Source of the DNA: Macrostomum lignano
Taxonomy: Eukaryota
Assembly: GCA_002269645.1 (NCBI GenBank)
Contig: NIVC01003880.1
Span: forward strand, 54,571 to 118,570
Direction: 5' to 3'
DNA length: 64,000 nt
Shown piece by piece: positions 22,731-36,734 of this stretch; the stretch's first letter is position 1; each line of letters begins with the position of its first letter. A program made the translations under genes and the position numbers. The notes below the pieces were generated by a model. The model was not told the DNA's origin. It did not search any database and saw only the letters and a program-made list of their open reading frames with translations.

Positions 22731-25700
22731 AAGAGGCAGTGGGCTCTTCAGAAATGAAGCCAGAAAGCCAGTACTCGCCGGTTGCTATGCAACCGTCACA
22801 GGAGTACGGTGCGACAGCGTTCAGCGAAAAAGAGACACTGACAATTGAGAGATCCGATGTGTCCGACAATATGCCGGAGGGAGCGGCGTCGCCGCAAGAT
22901 AGCGCGGTCACGCAAGGCCAGCCGGTGACGCTCACGCACACTCAATCATTTTCCACGCCGACCGCTGACAGCGAAGGCGCCACTCCGCTGGCCAGCGCTC
23001 CGCGGCAGGATTATAACGAATTTATATCGAGGCGGCAGCAGAAGCGGGGGCGGCGGTGGCGGCGGCGGCGGCTGCTGCCGAAAGCGCAATAAACAGCCGT
23101 CGAAACGGTCCGCCGCCCATCAACGGTCGCGATCGCAGAATCACGCCAACTCGTGGGTGCCAAATCCAGCAGGTTCTTCCTGTACAGCGACAGCAGTAGC
23201 AGCCAAGACGACATGCTGGTTGGCACCAGGGACGGCTATTCGTATCTGACCTATCATTCGAGTGCCACTCACAGTTTCAGCTTCCTGCCCGCAAACGTGG
23301 TCAACTCTCAGGTCGAGAGCGACGCGAAATCCGAGCTTGACGAGGCCCTCGACTACGAGTCTGTTGGGTCGAGTGGCGCAGCTACGGATAGCGCAACTGA
23401 TCTGGACGAGATCATACGCGACTGCGTGCCCGGACCAATGCCTGTTCTGACCAGCGTCAAGAGAATGGTGCAAAAGTACAATGAGATGTTTGCGAAAGAA
23501 GGCTGATTTAAAAAAATAACATGATGCTATGCCATCTCTCGTCATAAAGGGTTAAAACCGCTGTATTTTATGAATTTAAGTTTAAAATAAATTGATTTAA
23601 TTTTCGCCGCTTTTAGCACTGTGTTGGCCACTTGCTTAGCCGCCCAGTTGCGGCCGCGGTGCAATTAATTTATTTAAAATCCACATAAAAAAAATAGCCC
23701 AATATTAATTTAAACGCACAATGCATGTGCCTGAGGACCTGAATCCGCCCTGTATATGAAAAAATCGTCCGCAAAAACGAAGAAGGATTCGTCCGCAATT
23801 TATGTATTGTAGATCTATAGAGTCTATAGTTCATATATCAAGGAGCTGGATCTTTATCAGACAAAATTCTAAAAGATATTCTCTCAAATTTCGATTACTT
23901 TACGTCTACATATGGAGTCTGCACACCGAATAGGATAGGCCTATTTTCATGTATTCACTCAAAAGACAATTCCAAACCGAGATTTTCTGCCGTAACTTTA
24001 TTCGAATAAGAAAAATATAGTACTTATTATTTACCGATTTGTACTTTTTTAAAAGAATATTTATAGGTAAAATGTACTATTTATTATTCATGTTTTGCTG
24101 ATATTGCAATATACCTTTCGTTTTTGTTAACATTTAAGTAAGTTTACAGTAAAAATTTAACACTGTAAAAGTTTTCATTTTTTGCAATGAACCTCAGCTC
24201 AGCTTTGTCGTTACTCGTTAAGGTTGTAGCTTTTGAATAAGGTCCATCCCAGTACCCTTATTACTGTCAGACCTGTGCTAAGTAAAATAAGGTTTGCAAA
24301 AATACGTTTCTAGGAATTCTAAATTACTAATTAGTAGGATGTTTAAAAAATAACTTGATTATATTCATATATGCTTGCTTAGATTATACTATAAATCATA
24401 GTAACATAGGTCATAGGTCATAGGCCTAGTCATCACCCATCAGTAATTTTTGCATTTTTGTAAGAATTTGTAAGATTCTATAAATTGCATGCCAGGTGTT
24501 GTAGATACACTATTTTCTTAAGAGTGATGCATGCCAACTGTGCATGCCTCCATGTAGTATGCCCAAATTTTGGAGCATTTACTACATGATCCAGAGTATG
24601 AATTTTATGCCAATACATATCAAGTATAGCTCTAGGCCATATATATATATATATAGACACTAAATGAAAGGTATTAGAAAGTTGAAAATAGTTTCAAAAA
24701 AGTAAATAAAGACTTAATGAATTTAATGCTTAACTATTTCACATATAGATTTTGAAATTGATTTTTAAATGTATTTTTATTATATATTATATGGCATTCT
24801 TCTCAAATCATTTATTAAACTATTTTTCCATGTTTTTTTTGCATTTCTTCACTTGAGTCTTGTCTTGAGAAGCTGATTTTAGCATGTTTGGACTTAATGA
24901 TTAAATGATCTTAGTAAGAGCTTAGTAGCAAGAACAAGTCTGAGTGCTCATACTTCTCCTCTTAACCAAGTAAACCAACCGATCCCTTTGGGCCATAGAC
25001 ATTCCCAATAGGCATCAGTGCTACATCAGACAACGTGTTAGATTTCTATCCTTCAAAAATTTTTACAAAAATTTTTACTTTTGTTTTACAACTTTCAGCG
25101 TTGTTACTTTTTAATTAGCCAACTCCATTTGTCTACCATGCTCTTCCCCACAGACAATCCCAAACTGTTATTTATTAGTTATTAGTTAAATTTTCAACTT
25201 TGACAACATGATTCCCACATTTTGCACCAATCTGAAATAAAAAACTTTGAAACTTTGAATTGTTAGGAATCTTTAGGAATAGCTAAAGATAGAAAAAGTG
25301 CTTAAAACAAAATTGTTAATTTTACTGTTTTAATAGCTTGGGGGATGTCCAAACATGCTAAAACCAGCTTTTCAAGTGGAAAAATGCGAAAACATTGAAA
25401 GAATAGTTTACCAAACAATTCAAGAAAAATGCCTATTTATAATATATATTAAAATATTATATTATAAAAACCAGTCTAAATCAAAATTGTAATTGTTGTA
25501 AAGTTTAAAAAGTAGCAGAATAGGATCAAATTAATCTTTTTTCAAATTATTTGTTGACTTCTTAGAAGCTTATGTTATATATACTTATATGAAAAATAAT
25601 AATAAGATCCTTGCTATTTTCATCTATAAAAATTCAGGTTTGAGATTAGGTTTTTTAGGTCTTAAAAAAATCCACAGAATCACCAAATCTCCAAGGCCCA

Positions 25701-26424
25701 TTCTAGTTAATTATAGAATTTATAGTTTTATATCACAGACATAGTTTAGCAAATTATATTAAATGAAAGCAGAAGTTCAGTTTATATATACAAATCCTAT
25801 ATACTAAAAATGGTCTGTCTGTGTCTATCTATCTATCTATCTATCTATCTATGTGATCGATTAGAGAAAAAATGGCTGGACCGATTTTGTTCGAACTTGC
25901 ACTGTTCGATCAGAAATTTTCCCGTGACGGTACATGCATCTTGGCTAAGAAATTGCTCCATGTTAAAGCGATTAAATATTCGAAAAACATGCTATTTTGC
26001 AAAGGTCAAGCAAACTTTTCGACTTGAAATGCATTGTAAGAATGCTAGAGAAAAAACTGACTGGTTGAATTCTGATTCTGAAATAGATTGCATCATAACT
26101 GAATTGTAACTCCAACTTGAATTGCGTCACAGTATTGAAAATGCAGTGTGGAAGCGTAGCACCAGACTTGATTTAGATTGCGTAACCATATTGTCAACTT
26201 TAATAGAGACTGATACTGACTTGCCTGGGAAATTGATTATGTCATAACTGCTTCGTGAGTGAGTGTTGAATTATATAAGTGCTACAATTTCATTTATAAA
26301 ATTCGATAAGAGCTAGCCTAGATGTGAACAGACTGGACTGCAAATGCAGCGACCTGGGTTCGAATCTTAGTAATGAAAAGTTTTTTATTAAAAGCTTTTA
26401 TTCAAGGTCAAATAAAGGACAAAA

Positions 26425-29050
26425 GGCGTCATGTAAAAAATCATAGAAGCGTCATGTAAACAATTATAGAAGCGTCATGTAAAAAATCATTGAAGCGTCA
26501 TGTAAAAAATCATAGAAGCGTCATATAAAAATCATAGAAGCGTCATTTAAAAAAATCATAGAAGCGTCATGTAAACCATCATAGAAGCGACATGTAAGCT
26601 ATCATAGAAGCGTCATGTAAACCATCATAGAAGTGTCATGTAAACAATCATAGAAGCGTCATGTAAACAATCATAGAAGCGTCATCTAAAATCATAGAAG
26701 CGTCATGTAAAAAATCATAGAAGCGTCATGTAAAAAATCATAGAAGCGTCATGTAAACAATCATAGAAGCGTCATGTAAAAAATCATAGAAGCGTCATGT
26801 AAACAATCATAGAAGCGTCATGTAAAAAATCATAGAAGCCTCATGTATAAAGCATAGAAGCGTCATGTAAAAAATCATAGAATCGTCATGAAAAAATCAT
26901 AGAAGCGTCATGTAAACAATCATCGAAGCGTCATGGAAAAAGCATAGAAGCGTCATGTAGACAATCATAGAAGCGTCATGTAAAAAATCATAGAAGCGTC
27001 ATGTAAAAATCATAGAAGCGCCATGTAAAAAATCATTGAAGAGTCATGTAAACAATCATAGAAGCGTCATATAAAAATCATAGAAGCGTCATGTAAACAA
27101 TCATAGAAGCGTCATGTAAAAAATCATAGAAGCGTCATATAAAAACCATAGAAGCGTCATGTAAACAATCATAGAAGCGTCATGTAAAAAATCATAGAAG
27201 CGTCACGTAAACTATCATAGAAGCGTCATGTTAAAAATCATAAAAGGGTCATTTAAAAAAATCATAGAAGCGTCATGTAAACAATCATAGAAGCGTCATG
27301 AAAAAATCATAGGAGTGTCATGAAAAAATCACAGAAGCGTCATGTAAACAATTATAGAAGCGTCATTTAAAAAAATCATAGAAGCGTCATGTAAACAATC
27401 ATAGAAACGTCATGTAAAAAATCATAGAAGCGTCATGTAAACCATCATAGAAGCGTCATGTAAACAATCATAGAAGCGTCATATAAAAAATCATAGAAGC
27501 GTCATGTAAAAAGCATAGAAGCGTCATATAAAACTCATAGAAGCGTCATTTAAAAAAATCATAGAAGCGTCATGTAAACAATTATAGAAGCGTCATGTAA
27601 AAAATCATTGAAGAGTCATGTAAACAATCATAGAAGCGTCATATAAAAATCATAGAAGCGTCATGTAAACAATCATAGAAGCGTCATGTAAAAAATCATA
27701 GAAGCGTCATGTAAACCATCCATGGATGAATGAATAGAATGGATTGCTATTCTGGCTCTGGCTATTTTCGTTTTTGACTCTTTTGCATCCGGTTCCCCCC
27801 CCCCCGTGCCTTTTCATTGGTTGATGATTGCCATAGACAATTTTCGGCCTTCGCCCCTTTCTTTCGATGCACAAGCGCTTTCGCTCGTGTTTTGAAATAA
27901 AGGGGGAAGACTTACGAGCGCTCGATATTCTCTGCAAGTAACTGAAATTCTCAGTTCTTTGCGCTTGTGCATCGAAAGAAAGGGGCGAAGGCCGAAAATT
28001 GTCTATGGCAATCATCAACCAATGAAAAGGCACGGGGGGAACCGGATGCAAAAGAGTCAAAAACGAAAATAGCCAGAGCCAGAATAGCAATCCATTCTAT
28101 TCATTCATCCATGAAACCATCATAGAAGCGTCATGTAAAAAAATCATAGAAGCGTCATATAAAAAATCATAGAAGCGTCATGTAAAGACCATAGAAGCGT
28201 CATGTAAACAATCATAGAAGCGCCATGTAAAATCATAGAAGCGTCATGTAAACAATCATAGAAGCGTCATGTAAACAATCATAGAAGCGTCATAAAAAAA
28301 CCATAGAAGCGTCATGTAAAAAATCATAGAAGCGTCATGTAAACAATCATAGAAGCGTCATGTAAAAATCATAGAAGCGTCATGTAAAAATCATAGTAGC
28401 GTCATATAAACAATCATAGAAGCGTCATCTAAAAAGCATAGAAGCGTCATGTAGACAATCATAGAAGCGTCATGTAAAAAATCATAGAAGCGTCATGTAA
28501 ACAATCATAGAAGCGTCATGTAAAAAATCATGGAAGCGTCATGTAAAAAAATCATAGAAGCGTCATGTAAACAATCATAGAAGCGTCATGTTAAAAATCG
28601 AAGAAGCGTCATATAAAAAGCATAGAAACGTCATATAAACAATCATAGAAGCGTCATATAAAAAATCATAGAAGCGTCATGTAAAAATCATAGTAGCGTC
28701 ATGTAAAAAATCATAGAAGCGTCATGTAAAAATCATAGAAGCGTCATATAAACAATCATAGAAGCGTCATCTAAAAAGCATAGAAGCGTCATGTAAACAA
28801 TCATAGAAGCGTCATGTAAAAAATCATAGAAGCGTCATATAAAAATCATAGAAGCGTCATGTAGACAATCATAGAAGCGTCATGTAAAAAATCATAGAAG
28901 CGTCATGTAAAAATCATAGAAGCGTCATGTAAACAATCATGGAAGCGTCATGTAAAAAATCATAGAAGCGTCATGTAAAAAGCATAGAAGCGTCATGTAA
29001 ACAATCATAGAAGCGTCATATAAAAAATCATAGAAGCGTCATGAAAAATC
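26425..29050. repeat. 23-bp satellite (ATCATAGAAGCGTCATGTAAACA)n, array A, interrupted by a MITE
   Basis: About 95 visible units of 22-24 bp. Confidence 0.95.
27721..28113. mobile_element. MITE with about 155-bp TIRs and 8-bp TSD (P- or hAT-like)
   Basis: TIRs 27721-27878 / 27961-28113 starting CATGGATGAATGAATAG; TSD AAACCATC at 27713-27720 and 28114-28121. Confidence 0.9.
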
Positions 29051-29960
29051 ATAGGAGCCTCATTTAAAAACTAATGAAAGTGTCATTTAAAAAATCAAGA
29101 AGCATCATGGTAGAATAAAAGAAGCGTCATGTCAGACATGAAGGTGTCATGTAAAAATTAAATGCAGCTATAATGCTGTGCTGGGGAGAAAAACTGAGAC
29201 GTCAAGGCTCACAGAGAATAACTGAGATTATGGGGGCGTTTCTGAGATGTCAAAGCAAAAGTCAGAAGCTACTTCAAAGTTCATGTACTTTACTCAATTT
29301 TTTATTGCATTTTTTGTTGGCTCGCCACGGGGGGAGGCGCTGATAGAAGAAAAGTCATGTAAAAAATAAAAGTAGCACTATGTATACATAAAAGAAAAGT
29401 CATGTCGAAGTTAAAAGATTCATTTGGGAATTGCTAGGATGTCAAAGCTTGGTGGAAATCGTTATAGTGCTGTGATTCTTAAAGAAGGAATCACTAAAAT
29501 GTCAAGGCTTAGGGAGAAGAATTGCTGAGATTTCAAGGCTTTAGGTTGGGTTAAAGTTAGGTTTAGGTCAGGTGTGGGTTGAGGGTTATATTTTATCGGG
29601 TTTTAAGGTTAACAGGGGATTTTTTAGATTTCAAGGTTTATGGGGGCCATCGCTGACATGTCAAGGCTTACGGGGGGAGTAGCTGAGATGTCAAGGCTCA
29701 CTGGGGTATAAATGAGATTTCAAGGCTAAAGCCAGAAGCTACATGTAGTTTATTGAAAACTTTTTATTACATTATTTGATGCCTCCTCAGGGGAGGGATC
29801 GCTGATAAAAAAAGCGTAAAGTAAAAATAAAAGAAGCTTCATGTCGAAGTTAAGAGATTCATTTGGGAATCCCTACGATGTCGAGGCTTGCAGGGAATCG
29901 CTATAATGCTGTAGTAGTGCTATAATGACTCTTAGAGAGAATTACTGAAATTTCAATGCT

Positions 29961-30086
29961 TTAGGGTTAGGTTAGGGTTAGGGTTAGGGTTAGGGTTAGG
30001 TTAGGGTTAGGGTTAGGGTTAGGGTTAGGGTTAGCGTTAGGGTTAGGCTAGGGTTAGGGTTAGGGTTAGGTTAGGATTAGGGTTAG
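29961..30086 (+). repeat. Interstitial telomere-type (TTAGGG)n tract in Helitron unit 1
   Basis: About 20 TTAGGG units with TTAGG/TTAGCG/CTAGGG variants. Confidence 0.95.
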
Positions 30087-30944
30087 AAGGTTGACAGATA
30101 TTTTTAGATTTTCAAGGCTTATTGGGGGCATTGCTGAGATGTCAGGGGGGGGAAGTTGATATGTTAAAGCTTGTGGGGGGAATTACTGACATGTCAAGGT
30201 TTACAAGGTTTGACAGGAGATTTTTTAAGATTTCAAGGATACATGTAGCTTATTAAAAAAACGTGTATTGCATTTCTTTGGCTCCCAACGGGGGCGTAGA
30301 TTGCTAGTCCTATATACTAAAAATGGTCTGTCTGTGTCTATCTATCTATCTATCTATCTATCTATGTGATCGATTAGAGAAAAAATGGCTGGACCGATTT
30401 TGTTCGAACTTGCACTGTTCGATCAGAAATTTTCCCGTGACGGTACATGCATCGTGGCTAAGAAATTGCTCAATGCTAGAGGCATTAAATATTCGAAAAA
30501 CATGCTTTTTTGCAAAGGTCAAGCAAACTTTTCGACTTGAAATGCATTGTAAGAATGCTAGAGAAAAAACTGACTGGTTGAATTCTGGTTCTGAAATAGA
30601 TTGCATCATCACTGAATTGTAACTCCGACTTGAATTGAAAATGCAGTGTGGAAGCGTAGCACCAGACTTGATTTAAATTGCGTAACCATATTGTTAACTG
30701 ATACTGACTGACTGAGAAACTGATTATGTCATAACTGCTTCGTGTGATTTACTCTATGCTTGGATTTTAAAGTGTTGAATTATATAAGTGCAAAATTTGA
30801 TGTTATCAAAACGACGAGAGCTAGCCTAGAGGTGAACAAACTGAACTGCTAAATGCAGCGACGATGATTCGAATTTTCATAGAGTATAATTTTTTTAATT
30901 AAAGCTTTTCAACGTCAGGAAAACTAAAAGACTTTTTAAAAAGA

Positions 30945-33260
30945 AGCGTCATGTAATGACGTCATGTACGTCATGACGTCATGTAAACAATCATAAAAGC
31001 GTCATGTAAAAAATCGTAGAAGCGTCATATAAAAATCGTAGAAGCGTCATTTAAAAAATCATAGAAGCGTCATGTAAACAATCATAGAAGCGTCATGTAA
31101 ACAGTCATAGAAGCGTCATGTAAAAAATCATAAAAGCGTCATTTTAAAAAATGATAGAAGCGTCATCTAATGAATCATAGAAGCGTCATGTAAACAATCA
31201 TAGAAGCGTCATGTAAAAATCATAGAAGCGTCATGTAAACAATCATAGAAGCGTCATGTAAACAATCATAGAAGCGTCATTTAAAAAATCATAGAAGCGT
31301 CATATAAACAATCATAGAAGCGTCATGTAAACAATCATAGAAGCGTCATGTAAAAAATCATAGAAGCGTCATCTAAAAATCATAGAAGCGTCATGTAATG
31401 AATCATAGAAGCGTCATGTAAAAAATCATAAAAGCGTCATGTAAAAAAATCGTAGAAGCGTCATATAAAAATCATAGAAGCGTCATGTAAACAATCATAG
31501 AAGCGTCATGTAAAAATCATAAAAGCGTCATGTAAACAATCATAGAAGCGTCATGTAAACAATCATAGAAGCGTCATGTAAACAATCATAGAAGCGTCAT
31601 GTAAAAATCGTAGAAGCGTCATCTAAGAATCATAGAAGCGTCATGTAATGAATCATAGAAGCGTCATGTAAAAATCATAAAAGCGTCATGTAAAAAAATC
31701 GTAGAAGCGTCATATAAAAATCATAGAAGCGTCATGTAAACAATCATAGAAGCGTCATGTAAAAATCATAGAAGCGTCATGTAAAAAATCATAGAAGCGT
31801 CATGTAAACAATCATAGAAGCGTCATGTAAACAATCATAGAAGCGTCATGTAAAAATCATAGAAGCGTCATGTAAAAAATCATAGAAGCGTCATGTAAAC
31901 AATAATAGAAGCGTCATGTAAACAATCATAGAAGCGTCATGTAAACAATCATAGAAGCGTAATTTAAAAAATCATAGAAGCGTCATGTAAACAATCATAG
32001 AAGCGCCATGTAAACAATCATAGAAGCGTCATTTAAAAAATCATAGAAGCGCTATGTAAACAATCATAGAAGCGTCATGTAAACAATCATAGAAGCGTCA
32101 TGTAAAAATCATAGAAGCGTCATGTAAACAATCATAGAAGCGTCATTTAAAAAATCATAGAAGCGTCATGAAAAAATCATAGAAGCGTCATGTAAACAAT
32201 CATAGAAGTGTCATGTAAACAATCATAGAAGCGTCATGTAAAAAATCATAGAAGTGTCATGTAAACAATCATAGAAGCGTCATGAAAAAATCATAGAAGC
32301 GTCATGTAAACAATCATAGAAGCGTCATGTAAAAAGCATAGAAGCGTCATGTAGAAAGCATAGAAGCGTCATATAAAACTCATAGAAGCGTCATTTAAAA
32401 AAATCATAGAAGCGTCATGTAAACAATCATAGAAGCGTAATGTAAAAAATCATAGAAGCGTCATGTAAACAATCATAGAAGCGTCATGAAAAAATCATAG
32501 AAGCGTCATGTAAACAATCATCGAAGCGTCATCTAAAAAGTCATAGAAGCGTCATGTAAACAATCATAGAAGCGTCATGTAAACAATCATAGAAGCGTCC
32601 TGTAAACAATCATAAAAGCGTCATGAAAAAATCATAGAAGCGTCATGTAAACAATCATCGAAGCGTCATCTAAAAATTCATAGAAGCGTCATGAAAAAAT
32701 CATAGGAGTGTCATGAAAAAATTATTGAAGCGTCATTTAGAAAATCATAGAAGCGTCATGTAAACAATCATAGAAGCGTCATGTAAAAAAATCATAGAAG
32801 CGTCATGTAAACAATCATAGAAGCGTCATGTAAAAAATCATGGAAGCGTCATGTAAAAAATCATAAAAGCGTCATGTAAAAATCATAGAAGCGTCATATA
32901 AAAAGCATAGAAGCGTCATGTAAACAATCATAGAAGCGTCATGTAAAAAAATCATAGGAGCGTCATGTAAACAATCATAGAAGCGTCATGTAAAAAAATC
33001 ATAGAAGCGTCATGTAAACAATCATAGAAGCGTCATGTAAAAAATCATGGAAGCGTCATGTAAAAAATCATAAAAGCGTCATGTAAAAATCATAGAAGCG
33101 TCATATAAAAAGCATAGAAGCGTCATGTAAACAATCATAGAAGCGTCATGTAAACAATCATAGAAGCGTCATGTAAACAATCATAGAAGCGTCATGTAAA
33201 CAATCATAGAAGCGTCATGTAAAAAAATCATAGGAGCGTCATGAAAAAATCATAGAAGCC
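30945..33260. repeat. 23-bp satellite array B
   Basis: Same unit as array A, about 100 copies. Confidence 0.95.
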
Positions 33261-34018
33261 TCATTTAAAAACTAATGAATGTGTCATTTAAAAAATTAAG
33301 AAGCATCATGGTAGAATAAAAGAAGCGTCATGTCAGACATGAAGGGTGTCATGTAAAAATTAAATGCAGCTATAATGCTGTGCTGGGAGAAAAACTGAGA
33401 CGTAAAGGCTCTCAGAGAATAACTGATCAGAGAATAACTGAGATTACGGAGGGGGGGTTTCTGAGATGTCAAAGCAACAGTCAGAAGCTACTTCAAAGTT
33501 CATGTACTTTACTCAATTTTTTTATTGCATTCTTTGTTGGCTCGCCACGGGGGCGCTGATAGAAGAAGAGTCATGTAAAAAATAAAAGTAGCACTATGTA
33601 TACATAATAGAAAAGTCATGTCGAAGTTAAAAGATTCATTTGGGAATTGCTACGATGTCAAAGCTTGGTGGAAATCGTTATAGTGCTGTGATTCTTAAAG
33701 AAGGAATCACTAAAATGTCAAGGCTTAGGGGAGAAGAATTGCTGAGATTTCAAGGCTTTAGGTTGGGTTAAAGTTAGGTTTAGGTCAGGTTTGGGTTGAG
33801 GGTTATATTTTATCGGGTTTCAAGGTTAACAGGGGATTTTTTAGACTTCAAGGTTAATGGGGGCCATTGCTGACATGTCAAGGCTTACAAGAAGCTTCAT
33901 GTCGAAGTTAAGAGATTCATTTGGGAATCCCTACGATGTCGAGGCTTGCAGGGAATCGCTATAATGCTGTAGTAGTGCTATAATGACTCTTAGAGAGAAT
34001 TACTGAAATTTCAATGCT

Positions 34019-34081
34019 TTAGGGTTAGGGTTAGGGTTAGGATTAGGGTTAGGGTTAGGGTTAGGCTAGGGTTAGGGTTAG
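34019..34081 (+). repeat. (TTAGGG)n tract in Helitron unit 2
   Basis: About 10 units at the homologous position. Confidence 0.95.
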
Positions 34082-34664
34082 AAGGTTGACAGATATTTTT
34101 AGATTTCCAAGGCTTATTGGGGGCATTGCTGAGATGTCAAGGGGGAAGTTGATATGTTAAAGCTTGTGGGGGGGGGGGAATTACTGACATGTCAAGGCTT
34201 ACAAGGTTTGACAGGAGATTTTTTAAGATTTCAAGGATACATGTAGCTTATTAAAAAAACGTGTATTGAATTTCTTTGGCTTCCTAACGGTGTGTGTGTG
34301 TGTGATCGATTTTAGCAAAAATGGCTCAACCGATTTTCTTCAAACTTGCACCATTCGATCAGAAATTTTTCCGTGACGGTACATGCATCGTGGCTAAGAA
34401 ATTGCTCGATGCTAAAGGGATTAAATATTCGAAAAACATGCTTTTTTGCAAAGGTCAAGCAGCTCTTTCGACTTGAAATGCATTGTAAGAATGCTAGCAG
34501 AAAAACTGACTGGTTGAATTCTGATTCTGAAATAGATTGCATCACGATACACTTTATTTATCGTCTGTGTACTGGCTGAATTTGACACTCAATTGAATTG
34601 CATCACAGCTTTGAGTGTGAAAGCATAGTGCAGTACTGAATTTATATTACGTAACCATATTGTG

Positions 34665-35885
34665 TCATGTAAACAATCATAGAAGCGTCATGTAAACAAT
34701 CATAGAAGCGTCATGTAAACAATCATAGAAGCGTCATGTAAACAATCATCATAGAAGCGTCATGTAAACAAGCATAGAAGCGTCATGTAAACAATCATAG
34801 AAGCGTCATGTAAACCATCATCATAGAAGCGTCATGTAAACAATCATCATAGAAGCGTCATGTAAAAAATCATAGAAGCGTCATATAAAAAGCATAGAAG
34901 CGTCATGTAAACAATCATAGAAGCGTCATGTAAACAATCATCATAGAAGCGTCATGTAAACAATCATAGAAGCGTCATGTAAACAATCATAGATGCGTCA
35001 TTTAAAAAATCATAGAAGCGTCATGTAAAAATTGTAGAAGCGTCATGTAAAAAATCATGAAAGTGTCATTTAAAAAATTAAGAAGCATCATGGTAGAATA
35101 AAAGAAGCATCATGTCAGACATGAAGGGTGTCATGTAAAAATGAAATGCAGCTATAATGCTGTGCTGGGGAGAAAAACTGAGACGTAAAGGCTCTCAGAG
35201 AATAACTGAGATTATGCGGGGGGGAGGGTTTCTGAGATGTCAAAGCAAAAGTCAGAAGCTACTTCAAAGTTCATGTACTTTACTCAATTTTTTTATTGCA
35301 TTCTTTGTTGGCTCGCCACGGGGGGCGCTGATAGAAGAAGAGTCATGGAAAAAATAAAAGTAGCACTACGTATACGTAAAAGAAAAGTCATGTCGAAGTT
35401 AAAAGATTCATTTGGGAATTGCTACGATGTCAAAGCTTGGTGGAAAAATGTAAAAATCATAGTAGCGTCATGTAAACAATCATAAATGCGTCATGTAAAA
35501 AATCATAGAAGCGTCATGTAACAAATCATAGAAGCGTTATGTAAAAAATCATAGAAGCGTCATGAAAAAAATCATAGAAGCGTCATGTAAAAATCATAGA
35601 AGCGTCATGTAAAAATCATAGAAGCGTCATGAAAAAAATCATAGAAGCGTCATGTAAAAATCATAGAAGCGTCATGCAAAAAATCATAGAAGCGTCATGT
35701 AAAATATCATAGAAGGGTCATGTAAACAATCATAGAAGCGTCATGTAAAATATCATAGAAGCGTCATGTAAACAATCATAGAAGCGTCATGTAAACAATC
35801 ATAGAAGCGTCATGTAAAATATCATAGAAGGGTCATGTAAACAATCATAGAAGCGTCATGTAAACAATCATAGAAGCGCCATGTC
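34665..35885. repeat. 23-bp satellite array C (two blocks, 34665-35060 and 35445-35885)
   Basis: Same unit; blocks separated by a partial duplicate of the post-array segment. Confidence 0.9.
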
Positions 35886-36734
35886 AGACATGAAAGAAGT
35901 GTCATTTAAAAATTTAATGAAGCTATTGTGCTGTGCTGGGGAGAATTACTGAGATGTCAAGGTTCACGGAGAATAACTGAGATTACGGGGGGGGGTTTCT
36001 GAGATGTCAAAGCAAAAGTCAGAAGCTACTTCAAAGTACATGTAGTTTACTCAATTTTTAATTACATTCTTTGTTGGCTTGCCACGGGGGGGGGCGCTGA
36101 TAGAAGAAGACTCATGCAAAAAAGAAAAGAAGCACTATGTATACATAAAAGAAGAGTCATGTTGAAGTTAAAAGATTCATTTAGGAATTGCTACGATGTC
36201 AAGGCTTGGAGGGAATCGCTATAGTGCTGTGATTCTTGAAGCAAGAATCACTAAATTGTCAAGGCTTAGGGGAGAAGAATTTCTGAGATTTCAAGGCTTT
36301 AGGTTGGGTTAAAGTTAGGTTTAGGTCAGGTTTGGGTTGAGGGTTAGATTTTACAGGGGATTCTACGGGTTTTACGGGTTTCAAGGTTAACAGGGGATTT
36401 TTCAGATATCAAGGTTTATGGGGGGGCATCGCTGACATGTCAAGGCTTACGGGGGGAATAGCTGAGATGTCAAGGCTCACGGGGAATAAATGAGATGTCA
36501 AGGCTAAAATCAGAAGCTACATGTAGTTTATTGAAAACTTTTTTTCATTATTTGTTGGCTTCTCACGGGAGGGATCGCTGGTAGAAAAAGCGTAATGTAA
36601 AAAATAAAAGAAGCTTCATGTCGAAGTTTAGAGATTCATTTGGATGTGGAGGCTTGCGGGGAATCGCTATCGCTATTCTCTCCAAGACGAGTGCTATAAT
36701 GACTCTTAGAGAGAATTACTGAAATGTCAATGTT

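Larger units (their letters stand above)
19184..22757 (+). pseudogene. Highly divergent alpha-tubulin-like gene, disrupted in this assembly; exons 19184..19396, 19748..20315, 21750..>22350
   Basis: [37 protein letters not shown]|DEIRVGPYRELF, HSTGGGTGSG, GKHMAGALIYRG and VQFVDWAPSSFKTG align by eye to alpha-tubulin in order, and intron phases (1, 2) fit. In-frame TAG at 19285-19287 and a frameshift in the CGCGCG run at 21967-21972. Start exon not identified. Pseudogene versus assembly error is unresolved. Confidence 0.65.
25795..30307 (+). mobile_element. Non-autonomous Helitron-like unit 1
   Basis: A|TCCTATATACTAAAA 5' end followed by a (TCTA)n microsatellite and ACCGATTTT..AACTTGCA, the usual layout of non-autonomous Helitron 5' ends. 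3' end CCCAACGGGGGCGTAGATTGCTAG (short hairpin plus CTAG). Confidence 0.75.
30308..34290 (+). mobile_element. Non-autonomous Helitron-like unit 2 (head-to-tail with unit 1; 3' terminus truncated)
   Basis: Junction ..TTGCTAG|TCCTATATACTAAAAATGG at 30307/30308. Same module order as unit 1; ends at CTAACGG just before the expected CTAG end. Confidence 0.7.

Noticed and set aside
29961-30086. Chromosome end or fusion site
   Set aside because: Short tracts repeated at the same position within each transposon unit, all in one orientation.
25810-34579. Three similar ORFs of about 77-99 aa (MVCLCLSIYL..)
   Set aside because: They fall in the repeated Helitron 5' ends, include the microsatellite and have no Rep/helicase motifs.
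26425-35885. CRISPR-like appearance of the 23-bp arrays
   Set aside because: Contiguous units with no unique spacers, no cas genes, eukaryotic context.
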